Assembly: GCA_964628785.1 (NCBI GenBank)
Contig: CAZVNY010000002.1
Span: 1-27,449, forward strand
Origin: an uncultured Thiobacillus sp.
GTDB lineage: Bacteria > Pseudomonadota > Gammaproteobacteria > Burkholderiales > Thiobacillaceae
Direction of reading: 5' to 3'
DNA: 27,449 bases
A program made the position numbers and the translations under genes. This document shows positions 18,473 to 27,449 of this stretch, piece after piece. Each line of letters opens with the position of its first letter. Positions within the stretch are counted from its first letter, which is position 1. The notes beneath the pieces are model-generated. The model did not search any database, was not told the DNA's origin, and saw only the letters and a list, made by a program, of their open reading frames with translations.

Positions 18473-19753
18473 ATGAGCGATATGGACATCAAGGCCTACA
18501 TGCAGACCCTGGGGCAGAACGCGCGCAGGGCGGCCACGGACATGGCCCGGGCCTCCACCCAGGCAAAGAACGACGCCCTCACCGGCCTGGCCCGTCTGCT
18601 GCTGCAGGCCGGTACCGAGCTGGCCGAGGCCAACGCCCGGGACATAGCCAAGGCCCAGGAGGCGGGTCTGGCCGCCCCCATGGTGGACAGGCTGCGCCTC
18701 ACGCAGCAGATCATCGCCACCATGGCGGAAGGCTGTGAACAGCTGGCGGCCATGCCGGACCCCGTGGGCGAGATCACCGGGGTGAAGCGCCGTCCCAGCG
18801 GCATCAACGTGGGCCAGATGCGCGTGCCCCTGGGGGTGTTCGGCATGATCTACGAGAGCCGCCCCAACGTCACCATCGAGGCCGCCTCCCTGGCCATCAA
18901 GAGCGGCAACGCCTGCATCCTGCGGGGGGGCTCCGAGGCCCTCCACTCCAACCTGGCCCTGTGGCAGCTGGTGCGCCAGGCCCTGACCGCCGCCGGCCTG
19001 CCGGCGGACGCGGTGCAACTGGTGGAGACCACCGACCGGGCCGCCGTAGGCGAGCTCGTCGCCATGCCCGCCTACGTGGACGTCATCATCCCCCGGGGGG
19101 GCAAGGGACTCATCGAACGCATCAGCAACGAGGCCCGGGTGCCGGTGATCAAGCACCTGGATGGCAACTGCCACACCTATGTGGACGCCGAGTTCGACAT
19201 GGACAAGGCCCTGCGCGTGACGGAGAACGCCAAGACCCAGCGCTACAGCCCCTGCAATGCCACCGAATCCCTGTTGGTGCACGAGCAGGCCGCGGCCAGC
19301 TTCCTGCCCCGCATCGGCGCCATCTTTGCCGCCAAGGGCGTGGAGATGCGCTGCGATGTGGGCGCCAAGGCCATCCTGTCGGGGGTGGCCGGCGCCAGGC
19401 TGGCGGATGCGACGGAGGCGGACTGGAGCACGGAATACCTGGCCCCCATCGTCAGCGTGAAACTGGTGGCCGACGTGGACGCGGCCATCGCCCACATCAA
19501 CCGCTATGGTTCCCACCACACCGACGCCATCATCACCAACCACCACCCCAATGCCATGCGCTTCCTGCGGGAGGTGGATTCCAGTTCCGTCATGGTGAAC
19601 GCCTCCACCCGCTTCGCCGACGGCTTCGAATACGGCCTGGGGGCGGAGATCGGCATCTCCACCGACAAGATCCATGCCCGGGGCCCGGTGGGTCTGGAAG
19701 GCCTCACCAGCCAGAAATGGGTGGTCCTGGGAGACGGTCACGTTCGTGGCTGA
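18473..19753 (+). CDS. proA: Gamma-glutamyl phosphate reductase
   Basis: [38 protein letters not shown], catalytic PCNATE, HGSHH-like [30 protein letters not shown]. Start 18473 (GGAG RBS) or 18482. Confidence 0.97.
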   Translation: MSDMDIKAYMQTLGQNARRAATDMARASTQAKNDALTGLARLLLQAGTELAEANARDIAKAQEAGLAAPMVDRLRLTQQIIATMAEGCEQLAAMPDPVGEITGVKRRPSGINVGQMRVPLGVFGMIYESRPNVTIEAASLAIKSGNACILRGGSEALHSNLALWQLVRQALTAAGLPADAVQLVETTDRAAVGELVAMPAYVDVIIPRGGKGLIERISNEARVPVIKHLDGNCHTYVDAEFDMDKALRVTENAKTQRYSPCNATESLLVHEQAAASFLPRIGAIFAAKGVEMRCDVGAKAILSGVAGARLADATEADWSTEYLAPIVSVKLVADVDAAIAHINRYGSHHTDAIITNHHPNAMRFLREVDSSSVMVNASTRFADGFEYGLGAEIGISTDKIHARGPVGLEGLTSQKWVVLGDGHVRG

Positions 19754-20399
19754 AGCCATCGGCCTCCTGGGGGGCACCTTCGACCCCATCCACTACGGCC
19801 ACCTGCGTCTGGCGGAGGAGATGGGCGAAGTCCTGGACCTGGGCGAGGTGCGCATCCTGCCCGCAGGCCAGCCCCCGCACCGGGGACAGCCCCGGGCGGC
19901 CAATCACCACCGCCTGGAGATGGTGCGCCGCGCCGTGGCCGACAACCCCCGCTTCGTCCTGGACAGCCGGGAAGTCCACAAGCCCAGCCCCAGTTACAGC
20001 GTCGAGACCCTGGCGGCCCTGCGACAGGAGCTGCCGGCGGATACCGCCCTGATCCTGTTCATGGGGGCGGATGCATTTCTCGGTCTCACAACCTGGCACC
20101 GCTGGCAGGAACTGCTGGATCTGGTCCATCTGGCCGTGGCCCATCGCCCCGGCTTCACCTCGGCCATGTGGGAGGACGCCCTGCCCGAGTCCCTGCGCCG
20201 GCTTTTGGCCACACGGCGCAGCGACCAGGCTGGCGAGCTGTCGGAGAAATCCGCCGGCCTGATCCATCTGCACGCCATCACCCAGCTGGACATCTCCGCC
20301 AGCCAGATCCGGGAGCGGGTCCTGCGTCGCAAGAGTCTGCGCTATCTGTTGCCGGACAGTGTCATCGATTACATTTACGAGAACCATTTGTATGCCTGA
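19746..20399 (+). CDS. nadD: Nicotinate-nucleotide adenylyltransferase
   Basis: GTG start overlapping the proA stop; [12 protein letters not shown] (HxGH), PPHR, MGADAF, ISASQIR. Confidence 0.95.
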   Translation: MAEAIGLLGGTFDPIHYGHLRLAEEMGEVLDLGEVRILPAGQPPHRGQPRAANHHRLEMVRRAVADNPRFVLDSREVHKPSPSYSVETLAALRQELPADTALILFMGADAFLGLTTWHRWQELLDLVHLAVAHRPGFTSAMWEDALPESLRRLLATRRSDQAGELSEKSAGLIHLHAITQLDISASQIRERVLRRKSLRYLLPDSVIDYIYENHLYA

Positions 20400-20751
20400 T
20401 TCCCTCACCGCCGACCAACTGGTCAAGATCGCCGTCGCCGCCCTGGAAGACATCAAGGGCAAGGACATCACCGTCCTGGACGTCAGCCATCTCACCGTGC
20501 TGTTCGACCGCATGATCATCGCCAGCGGGGATTCCACCCGCCAGGTGAAATCCCTGGCCGACAACGTGCATGAAAAGCTCAAGGAAGCCGGGGCCGACAT
20601 CATCGGCACGGAAGGCGCCGAAGTGGGGGAGTGGGTGCTGGTGGACGCCGGCAGCCTGGTGGTGCATGTCATGCACCCCGCCGTGCGCACACATTACAAT
20701 CTGGAAGAGCTCTGGGGCGCGGTCGAACAGTCCCGCCGGATCGCATCCTGA
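20392..20751 (+). CDS. rsfS: Ribosome silencing factor RsfS
   Basis: ALEDIKGKDI, MIIASGDSTRQVKSLA, WVLVDAGSLVVHVM, YNLEELW; overlaps the nadD stop. Confidence 0.95.
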   Translation: MPDSLTADQLVKIAVAALEDIKGKDITVLDVSHLTVLFDRMIIASGDSTRQVKSLADNVHEKLKEAGADIIGTEGAEVGEWVLVDAGSLVVHVMHPAVRTHYNLEELWGAVEQSRRIAS

Positions 20752-20754
20752 CTT

Positions 20755-20854
20755 GGCCATGCCTGTTGCCCTCTCCCCCACCCCCTCTCCCGCCTGCGGG
20801 AGAGGGAAACGCCAGGAAGCCGCTACGCGGCTTTCGCGTTAAGCGGGCATGGCC
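20755..20854. repeat. REP-like palindromic element
   Basis: Core CCCTCTCCCGC-CT-GCGGGAGAGGG (20783-20806) preceded by a second CCCTCTCCC, second hairpin AAGCCGC-TAC-GCGGCTT, all bounded by GGCCATGCC / GGCATGGCC inverted repeats. Confidence 0.6.
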
Positions 20855-20893
20855 GGAGTTGCCCCACGCAAGCCATTGACTGAGGAAGAAGCC

Positions 20894-21298
20894 ATGGCGA
20901 ACAACCTGATCCCCGAGGCCCAGCTCATGCCCAAGGAAGGCATGATCAGACTCACCCACGTGATGTACGGCCTGCACGTCTTCAGCGCCGTCACCGGCCT
21001 GGTGAGCGCGGCCTTCATCGTCACCGCCTTCCTGACCGGCTGGCCCTCCATCATCGCCATCGTGTTGAACTACGTGAACCAGGGCGAGGTACGGGGCACC
21101 TGGCTGGAGTCCCACTTCCGCTGGCAGGCCCGCACCTTCTGGTATGCCCTGCTGTGGGCCGTGGTGGGCCTCATGCTGGCCTTTACCTTCATCGGCATCC
21201 CCCTGGCCATCCTCCTGGTCGTGATTGCCGGCATCTGGGTGTTGTACCGGCTCATCCGGGGCTGGAGTGCCCTGGCGGCCGAAAAAGCCATGTTTTGA
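20894..21298 (+). CDS. Small integral membrane protein (DUF4870-like)
   Basis: Hydrophobic helices and motif IIAIVLNYV...RGTWLESHFRWQARTFW...W..YR.IRGW; GAGGAAG RBS. Confidence 0.75.
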   Translation: MANNLIPEAQLMPKEGMIRLTHVMYGLHVFSAVTGLVSAAFIVTAFLTGWPSIIAIVLNYVNQGEVRGTWLESHFRWQARTFWYALLWAVVGLMLAFTFIGIPLAILLVVIAGIWVLYRLIRGWSALAAEKAMF

Positions 21299-21427
21299 CC
21301 TGCCCGGGTCCGGGTGTCCGCCAGCCGCTGTACATGGCCTGCAACATCCCGGGGCCCAGGGACTGCTGATTCATCCTGACAACCGCCACTACAGCAAATC
21401 GGCCTGGGACCCGAGGAGAAACACGAC

Positions 21428-21982
21428 TTGAGAACGGACATCCTGCTCATCTGCCGGGCCTTGGACTTTTCTGCGCGCAAGCACGTGGACCAGCGCCGCA
21501 AGGGCCTGGTCGCCGAGCCCTACGTCAACCACCTGACCGAAGTGGCCTTTCTCCTGGCGGAGGCCACGGATGGCGAAGACAGCAAGCTGGTGGCGGCCGG
21601 CCTGCTGCACGACAGCATGGAGGATCAGGGCGTGTCCCACGCTGAACTGGTGGCCGCCTTTGGCCAGGACGTGGCCGATCTGGTGCAAGAGGTCACCGAC
21701 GACAAGGGATTGTCCAAGGAAGCGCGCAAACGCCTGCAGGTGGAGCAGGCACCCCATAAATCTGCGCGCGCCAGGATGCTCAAGATCGCCGACAAGATCA
21801 CCAACCTGCGGGCCATCCTCAGCAGCCCGCCGCCGGACTGGGGCACGCCCCGCAAGCAGGCATATTTCATCTGGGCCCGCCAGGTCGTGGCCGGGTGTCG
21901 CGGCGTGAACCCCCGGCTGGAAGCCATCTTCGACGAGACCTGGGCGGCCGGTGCGCGGGCGCTTGGCCTGCAGGAGGACTGA
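21428..21982 (+). CDS. Stand-alone HD-domain (p)ppGpp hydrolase-like protein (Mesh1/small alarmone hydrolase)
   Basis: RKHVDQRRKG, EPYVNH, LLHDSMED, VQEVTDDK, KIADKITNL, W...RKQAYFIWA; TTG start with GAGGAG RBS. Confidence 0.85.
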   Translation: MRTDILLICRALDFSARKHVDQRRKGLVAEPYVNHLTEVAFLLAEATDGEDSKLVAAGLLHDSMEDQGVSHAELVAAFGQDVADLVQEVTDDKGLSKEARKRLQVEQAPHKSARARMLKIADKITNLRAILSSPPPDWGTPRKQAYFIWARQVVAGCRGVNPRLEAIFDETWAAGARALGLQED

Positions 21983-22054
21983 GCCGGCTCGGTCCGTGGT
22001 GCCAAGATGGGCCGCTGGGCCATGCAGGCCGGGACAGTCAGACAACGTACCCAA

Positions 22055-22187
22055 GGGAAACGCTGCACAAATCCATTGCCGTCATCGCGAGGAGCGAAGC
22101 GACGTGGCGATCCAGGAGTCATGAATTTCGCGTGGATTCCGGATTGCCGCGCTGTGCGCGCAATGACGGACTTAACAAGCGTTTCCC
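22055..22187. mobile_element. MITE-like composite repeat copy B (10-bp TIRs around the 91-bp hairpin core)
   Basis: GGGAAACGCT (22055-22064) ... AGCGTTTCCC (22178-22187), enclosing core 22079-22169 homologous to 13097-13187. Confidence 0.7.
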
Positions 22188-22211
22188 CCAGGCCCCGGCG
22201 CGCAGGTGTTT

Positions 22212-25200
22212 TCAGTCTTGCAGCCCGGCGTAAACCCCCTGGTCGCGCTCCGGGTAACTTTCATACACATGCTCGAACACGGCGGAGCATTTCTGCTTGA
22301 ACAACTCGGGCGTGTAGGCCCGGGGCAGGCCCGTGTCCAGGGTGTCTTCTATGGCCAGCTTCAGCTGTGAGCGTGCCGAGGCCTTCCCACGCCAGTTCAA
22401 CACCAGCAGGGACTGCAAGCTGGCCAGCAGCGCCCTGGCAACCTTCCTGACTGCATCCCGCTCGGCGGGCGTGAGCTCCGGCGCGGGCCGGGTCAGGATG
22501 TCGAAAATCACCAACTCTTCCTCGCTCAGGTTCTCCCGCACATGGCGCTGCTCCTCCTCGTTCAGGCTGTGGGAGAGGGCCAGCAGCGCGTTGTACAGGA
22601 CCTCGATGCTGGCGCTGCCGGCGTTGTAGTTTTCGATCAGGACCTCGAATTTCTGCAGAAAATCGGTGCGTGTGCGGTTCAGCCGGAGCAGCCTTTCCAG
22701 CTGGCCGCGGACCGCGGTCTTGAGCACTGCGAGCGCGGTGTTCTTGTGCTTTGCTGCCTTGAAGCGGCTGGCCAGGGCCTGGAAGTCGATCTTCGAGAGG
22801 TCCAGGGCCGGGGGTGATTCCACCCGCATGGCATGGCCGGTGATGGATGCATCGAGCAAGGCGTTGACCTGGCCCATTACCCGGGAGATGTCCCGCAGGT
22901 TTGACGGCAATTTGGCGCGGATGGTCCCGGCCAGTGTGCCCAGACAGGCCACCCGACTGGCGAATTCCAGTGCCACCGGGTCCGGTTTCACGGCGGCATG
23001 AAGGGTGTTCACCCGTCTCTCGTGGCCGAGGAAGTCGCGCCGCAGGCTGTCGGGGGCGATCAGTGTGTCGATGGCGTCCTCCAGCGCTGCCAGACGCTCC
23101 ATGCTGCTCTCCGGTGTTGCCTCGATCTCCTCCAGCCGCACCTGATGTTCGGCGCAGAATGCCGTGGCATCGGCCAACGCCTGCCGGAGTTCCTGCACCA
23201 GTTGCTGTTTGTCCCGGACCGGGGTGAGTCCATTCCTGCCCGCGCCATAGATGGCCAGCGCCTTCTCCAGCGAGGCAAAGACGTTGGCATAGTCCACGAT
23301 CACGCCGCTGTGCTTGCCGGGAAACACCCGGTTGGCCCGGGCAATGGTCTGCATCAGGGTGTGGTTGCGCATGGGCTTGTCGAGATAGATCGTCGCGCAG
23401 CTGGGTGCGTCAAAGCCAGTCAGCCACATGGCACACACGAATACCAGGCGCAGCGGGTCGTCCACGTCCTTGAACTTCTCATCCAGGCCCGGCTGGGACT
23501 GATTCATGCGCTGGCGGTGGGGCCGGATGTCCAGGCCCAGGGCCTGCATGTGGGCGATTTCGTTCTGCCCCGGCGATACGATGAGCGCCATGTCGGTGCT
23601 GCGCAGCACGTCCAGGCGTGCTTTCAGTTCCGCCCTGCGGGCGTCCCGACGGGCCTGCCCGGGACTGCCCTCGCCACCGGGGGTGTAGGCCAGCCTGCCC
23701 AGTTCCTGCTCGGTGCTTGCGATCTCCGTCGTCCAGTGCCCGCGCACCTTGTCGTGCATCTTCAGCGCCGTGGCCTTGTCGATGGATACCACCATGGCCT
23801 TGCCCACCACCCGGCCCAGGCTCGCACGCCCCAGGAAGTGGTGCACGATGTCCGCCGCTACCGTCTCCAGGCGGTCGTCCCGGGTGATGAGGTGGTATTG
23901 CCGGCCCAGTGTCTTCTCCAGCCTTTCCTCCTGGGCCTCGTCCAGACCGGCGTCTTCGATCAGGCGGTAGATGTCCTCGTTGAGGTCCGGGTTGACCAGC
24001 GCCAGCTCCGGGGTGCGGTTCTCGTAGAACAGGGGCACGGTGGCGCCGTCCTCCACCGACTGCTGGAAGTCGTAGATGGACACGTAGTCGCCAAACACCT
24101 CCCGGGTGCGCTCCTCGCCGGCGATCAGGGGCGTGCCGGTGAAGGCCAGGAACATGGCCCGGGGCAGGGCCGTGCGCATGTTCAAGGCCAACAGGTCGTA
24201 CTGGCTGCGATGGGCTTCATCCGTGAGCACGATGACATCGGTGCGCTCGGTGAGCAGTTCGGGCTTCTGGAACTTGTGGATCAGGGTAAACACATAGCGA
24301 TGATTGCCGCGCAGCAGCTCGCGCAGGTGGCTGCCGCTTCTGGCATGGCAGGTGTCGCTCTCCGCCTTGCTCACCGCGCCCACGTCCTTGAAGGTCTTGG
24401 CGATCTGCTCGTCCAGCTCCACCCGGTCGGTGATCACCACGAAGGTCCAGTTGCCCCTCAGCCGGCGCAGCACCTTCTGCGCAAAGAACACCATGGAAAA
24501 GCTCTTGCCGCTGCCCTGGGTTTGCCAGAACACGCCGCCGCGGCCATGGCCCCTCTCCCGGGCTTGCAGCATGGAGGCAATGGCATTGTTCACCCCCAGA
24601 TACTGGTGGTTCTGCGCCAGCACCTTCACCAGCCCCGTCTTGTGCTCGGAAAACAGGGTGAAGTTCTCCACCAGATCCAGCAGCCGTGTCTTTTCGCAGG
24701 TGCCGCGCAGCATCACCTCCAGGGACACGCGGCACGGTTCGTCCTCGCGCTGCACGCGTTTCCACTCGAAGAAGCGCTCCCAGTCGGCACTCAGGGAGCC
24801 CACGCGGCTGTCCGTGCCATTGCTGGCGATGAGCAGGGCGTTGTAGGAGAACAGCTGGGGGATTGCCTGCTTGTAGTGGGTTAGGTTGTCGTCGAACGCC
24901 GTGCGCGCCGGCACGCCGGGCTTCTTCAGCTCGATCACCACCCAGGGCAGGCCGTTGACGAAGCCCACCAGGTCCGGCCGGCAGGTGTACAGGCTGCCCA
25001 CCAGCGTGAACTGGCTCACCAGCAGGAAGTCGTTGTTCTGCGGCTGCTCCCAGTCCACCACCTGCAGGCGCTCGACCTTCTGGCCGCCATGCACGGGGTC
25101 GGGCACCGAGACGGCAATGCCGTCCTTCAGCAGCCCATAGATCTCGCGGTTGGCCGCCACCGGGTCCATGGCCGAGCGGTCGCGCAACAGCTCGTCCATG

Positions 25201-25421
25201 GCGGTCTGGATGGCCGCAGGCGGCAGGCCGGGGTTCAGGCGGGTGAGGGCGGCACGCAGGCGGTTGCCCAGCACCACTTCGCCCTTGGTCTCACGCCCCA
25301 GGGTGGCATCCCTGCCCAGGGTTTCCTCCAGTGCCGAGGCGGTCTGCCAGCCGAGTTCCGCGAACAGCGCGATGGCGGGCTGCTCGACGAGCTGGTCTTC
25401 ACTCCAGGCGTGGGGGCTCAA
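22212..25421 (-). CDS. hsdR: Type I restriction enzyme R subunit
   Basis: Nuclease motif RPDLVGFVNGLPWVVIELKK, Walker A QTQGSGKS, DEAH, FTGTP, MWLTGFDAP, QTIARANR. Likely TTG start at 25421 (MSPHAWSEDQLVEQPAI) overlapping the DUF4411 stop. Confidence 0.95.
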   Translation of the reverse strand: MSPHAWSEDQLVEQPAIALFAELGWQTASALEETLGRDATLGRETKGEVVLGNRLRAALTRLNPGLPPAAIQTAMDELLRDRSAMDPVAANREIYGLLKDGIAVSVPDPVHGGQKVERLQVVDWEQPQNNDFLLVSQFTLVGSLYTCRPDLVGFVNGLPWVVIELKKPGVPARTAFDDNLTHYKQAIPQLFSYNALLIASNGTDSRVGSLSADWERFFEWKRVQREDEPCRVSLEVMLRGTCEKTRLLDLVENFTLFSEHKTGLVKVLAQNHQYLGVNNAIASMLQARERGHGRGGVFWQTQGSGKSFSMVFFAQKVLRRLRGNWTFVVITDRVELDEQIAKTFKDVGAVSKAESDTCHARSGSHLRELLRGNHRYVFTLIHKFQKPELLTERTDVIVLTDEAHRSQYDLLALNMRTALPRAMFLAFTGTPLIAGEERTREVFGDYVSIYDFQQSVEDGATVPLFYENRTPELALVNPDLNEDIYRLIEDAGLDEAQEERLEKTLGRQYHLITRDDRLETVAADIVHHFLGRASLGRVVGKAMVVSIDKATALKMHDKVRGHWTTEIASTEQELGRLAYTPGGEGSPGQARRDARRAELKARLDVLRSTDMALIVSPGQNEIAHMQALGLDIRPHRQRMNQSQPGLDEKFKDVDDPLRLVFVCAMWLTGFDAPSCATIYLDKPMRNHTLMQTIARANRVFPGKHSGVIVDYANVFASLEKALAIYGAGRNGLTPVRDKQQLVQELRQALADATAFCAEHQVRLEEIEATPESSMERLAALEDAIDTLIAPDSLRRDFLGHERRVNTLHAAVKPDPVALEFASRVACLGTLAGTIRAKLPSNLRDISRVMGQVNALLDASITGHAMRVESPPALDLSKIDFQALASRFKAAKHKNTALAVLKTAVRGQLERLLRLNRTRTDFLQKFEVLIENYNAGSASIEVLYNALLALSHSLNEEEQRHVRENLSEEELVIFDILTRPAPELTPAERDAVRKVARALLASLQSLLVLNWRGKASARSQLKLAIEDTLDTGLPRAYTPELFKQKCSAVFEHVYESYPERDQGVYAGLQD

Positions 25422-25837
25422 GGAGATACTGCTCCAAGGATGAATCGAGTTTTCTCGATTCTCAGCATCTGATATGGCGTCATGAACTGCACTCCCAGGC
25501 CGATGCATGCATTGGGAATCTTGATACGTGCTCTGGAATCGGAAACTACCTCAAGCGTAACGATCACATGGTCACCTGCCAACGCATGGGCAAGGAGATA
25601 GAAATCGGCCGCCTGAAAAAAGGTATTGATGGCGGCCGGCGTGTACTGCTGGCCGTTCGCCCACTCCGAGAGCTTGTCATTGCCGGCCCTGATCTCGTCT
25701 GCGACCTTGTCGATGCTGAAGACTGCTCCCGTGTTTGCAGCGTGGATCAGCCAGTCCCGGTACCCTGGGCAGAAATCCATTCCATAGTGACGGTTGCTGG
25801 CATCGATGAGAACGTTGGCATCGAGCAGATAGCTCAT
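25418..25837 (-). CDS. DUF4411-family PIN-like protein, apparently shortened by an internal in-frame deletion
   Basis: YLLDANVLI...HYGMDFCPG...SIDKVADEI...AADFYLLAHA...KIPNAC.GLGV.FMTPYQML motifs; only 139 aa; ATGA overlap with the upstream gene. Confidence 0.8.
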   Translation of the reverse strand: MSYLLDANVLIDASNRHYGMDFCPGYRDWLIHAANTGAVFSIDKVADEIRAGNDKLSEWANGQQYTPAAINTFFQAADFYLLAHALAGDHVIVTLEVVSDSRARIKIPNACIGLGVQFMTPYQMLRIEKTRFILGAVSP

Positions 25838-26991
25838 GTCGTCACCCCGAGCTGTCGCGCTGCTGCATTGAATGTCGAGGTCTTGCGTATCCCCAGAAGC
25901 TGAAATGCCTCGGTAAAGGGCGTGCTTCCCTCCAGCGTGCTGGCGATGATCGCTCGTACAAAGCGGCGACCGGCCCGCATGCCGAGGGTGCGATAGAAAT
26001 CGCCACCAGTAGCGCCCTGACGACGGTCGAGTTTTTTCAGTCGTTCCAGTTCTCCGCGATAGTGGCTCCATAACTGCTCCCGATCGATCAGGCCGGTATC
26101 GAACAGGCGGCGTAACGCAACCAGGCTGCTGACCTTGAATGCGCGCGCCAGGCGTTGCATGGCCTCGGCGATCGGCTCGCCGGGTCGATGAACTGCTTCC
26201 AACTGCTCTGCCGGTACCAGCAGTTCGGCGGCAACCTGGTTGCACCAGCGTTCGGTTTCCTGCGGGGGCACTCGTCCCGCTTGCACATCCGATACTCCGC
26301 TCGCCCCCAGCCACAGGTGGGCTAGTTCATGAGCCAGCGTGAACATCTGGGCAGCCTTGCTGTCTGCTGCGTTCACGAAAACCAGCGGGGCCAGGTCATC
26401 CACCAGGGCGAAACCGCGAAACTCCCCCACATCCAGCTTGCGATGACTGTTGCTGCCCACGATGGAACTGGCCATCACCAGCACTCCGGCTTCCTGTGCC
26501 TGCATCATCAGGAGGCGCAACGCATCGGTCCAGGTGCCCAGTGCGCGACGTTGCTCGACGGAAAACCCGATGGTGTCGCGTATCTCGCGCGCCACCGCTT
26601 CGTGCGCATCGCCGACACGAGCGCTCCCTACGAATGGCAACGACGTTTCGCCAGATTGTCGAAGATATCCCCGGTACCAATCCTGCCGCTGCTGACACAG
26701 GTAGATCGTATCGAGAAGGTCGCTGCTCGGACCTGTCAGCGTCCGCTCGCCCACCGTCCGGAAATCCGACACCGGCAGCTCCAGCACGGGCGGCTGGGGC
26801 AGAAAGAAGTAGCCCATGGCCGTGTGGGTGCGCCCGGCAAATGCCTCGAGCTGCCGCAGGGTCGGTTGCGCTTCCTCAGTCAGCCAGAGCGGCCATTTCG
26901 GGAAATGGCGCCGAAGGTCATCGTCGGAAAGTCGGGCACGCTCCGCAGCCCAGCGCAGAACCGGAACGGACACTGTCACGGTGTTGCTCAT
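25834..26991 (-). CDS. HTH + ImmA/IrrE-family zinc metallopeptidase (peptidase M78)
   Basis: N-terminal XRE-like region (VLRWAAERAR...QPTLRQLEAFA...GYFFL), EFRGFAL, VFVNAADSKAAQMFTLAHELAHLWLG (HExxH), ERWCNQVAAELLVP. Confidence 0.9.
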   Translation of the reverse strand: MSNTVTVSVPVLRWAAERARLSDDDLRRHFPKWPLWLTEEAQPTLRQLEAFAGRTHTAMGYFFLPQPPVLELPVSDFRTVGERTLTGPSSDLLDTIYLCQQRQDWYRGYLRQSGETSLPFVGSARVGDAHEAVAREIRDTIGFSVEQRRALGTWTDALRLLMMQAQEAGVLVMASSIVGSNSHRKLDVGEFRGFALVDDLAPLVFVNAADSKAAQMFTLAHELAHLWLGASGVSDVQAGRVPPQETERWCNQVAAELLVPAEQLEAVHRPGEPIAEAMQRLARAFKVSSLVALRRLFDTGLIDREQLWSHYRGELERLKKLDRRQGATGGDFYRTLGMRAGRRFVRAIIASTLEGSTPFTEAFQLLGIRKTSTFNAAARQLGVTT

Positions 26992-27146
26992 GTTTCTGCT
27001 CTCGCGTCGTCGGTGCGCAGACATGCTGTCGCCTGTTTCCGGATGACACGACAGCAACGCTTCCTGCGCATCATCCGTGAAGTGGCGTCAAGCCTTTGGG
27101 TGTTGGCTGCTTCCGGCATGTCAGGTTCAGGCGATAGAGCCATACC

Positions 27147-27449
27147 TCAATAGCCCGTGTCGTCCTGCTGCGAGAGAGTGGCCAGTTCGTCCAGCGCGTG
27201 GGCGCGCTCGGTGTAGATGCGCTCGCGGTAGGCCAGCACGTCGCTCAGCAGCACGCGCCGGTGGGTGCCGACCTTGCGAAACGGCATCTGCCCCTGTTCC
27301 AGCAGGCCCACGAGGAACGGGCGGCTGACGTTGAGCAGGTTGGCGGCGTCCTGCGTGCTCAGCTCCTGATGCACCGGCATCAGGCTCACCGCATTGCCCT
27401 GCGCCATCTGCGCCAGCGCATCCAGCAGCACCTGCAGCACCGCGCCGGG
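27147..27449 (-). CDS. Excisionase-type HTH (HTH_17) DNA-binding / antitoxin-like protein, 5'-truncated by the window edge
   Basis: MAQGNAVSLMPVHQELSTQDAANLLNVSRPFLVGLLEQGQMPFRKVGTHRRVLLSDVLAY; frame stays open to the window end. Confidence 0.85.
   Translation of the reverse strand, partial: PGAVLQVLLDALAQMAQGNAVSLMPVHQELSTQDAANLLNVSRPFLVGLLEQGQMPFRKVGTHRRVLLSDVLAYRERIYTERAHALDELATLSQQDDTGY

Larger units (their letters stand above)
22212..27449 (-). other. Distal part of an accessory type I R-M / defence operon (continues beyond the window)
   Basis: Co-oriented HTH, ImmA, DUF4411 and hsdR genes, the last three with overlapping start/stop codons; hsdM/hsdS not in the window; the ImmA/DUF4411 genes look less GC3-biased by eye than the housekeeping genes. 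Confidence 0.7.

Noticed and set aside
23630-23720. Gly/Pro/Arg-rich segment in HsdR (AYTPGGEGSPGQARRDARR) considered as an intein or insertion element
   Set aside because: Too short, no intein splice motifs or inverted repeats; probably a variable loop in a helical region.

Overview
GC-rich bacterial chromosome segment, most consistent with an autotrophic betaproteobacterium. That assignment is inferred from a proteobacterial-type phosphoribulokinase and the leuS-lptE-holA-proA-nadD-rsfS gene order. From left to right: exeA-exeB convergent with an MltB-type lytic transglycosylase; a collapsed LysR pseudogene divergent from rnk and a GTPase-less protein resembling EF-G domains III+V; a class I glutamine amidotransferase; a ChaN-PDZ / M1 aminopeptidase pair split by a 136-bp MITE; a minus-strand run of a thioredoxin(TlpA)-LapG fusion, lapD and a variant queD; prkB; the leuS housekeeping operon; a DUF4870-like membrane gene and a Mesh1-like HD hydrolase; and the distal part of a type I R-M/defence operon (excisionase-type HTH, HTH-ImmA/IrrE peptidase, DUF4411 PIN-like gene, hsdR) running off the right edge. 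Several small palindromic repeats lie between genes. The best candidate for an undescribed system is the in-frame fusion of a CxxC thioredoxin-fold domain to a LapG-type cysteine protease directly upstream of lapD, suggesting redox-linked control of c-di-GMP-regulated adhesin release. The Rnk plus mini-EF-G pair is second. No rRNA, tRNA or CRISPR array was recognised. All family calls come from motif recognition by eye, not database searches.
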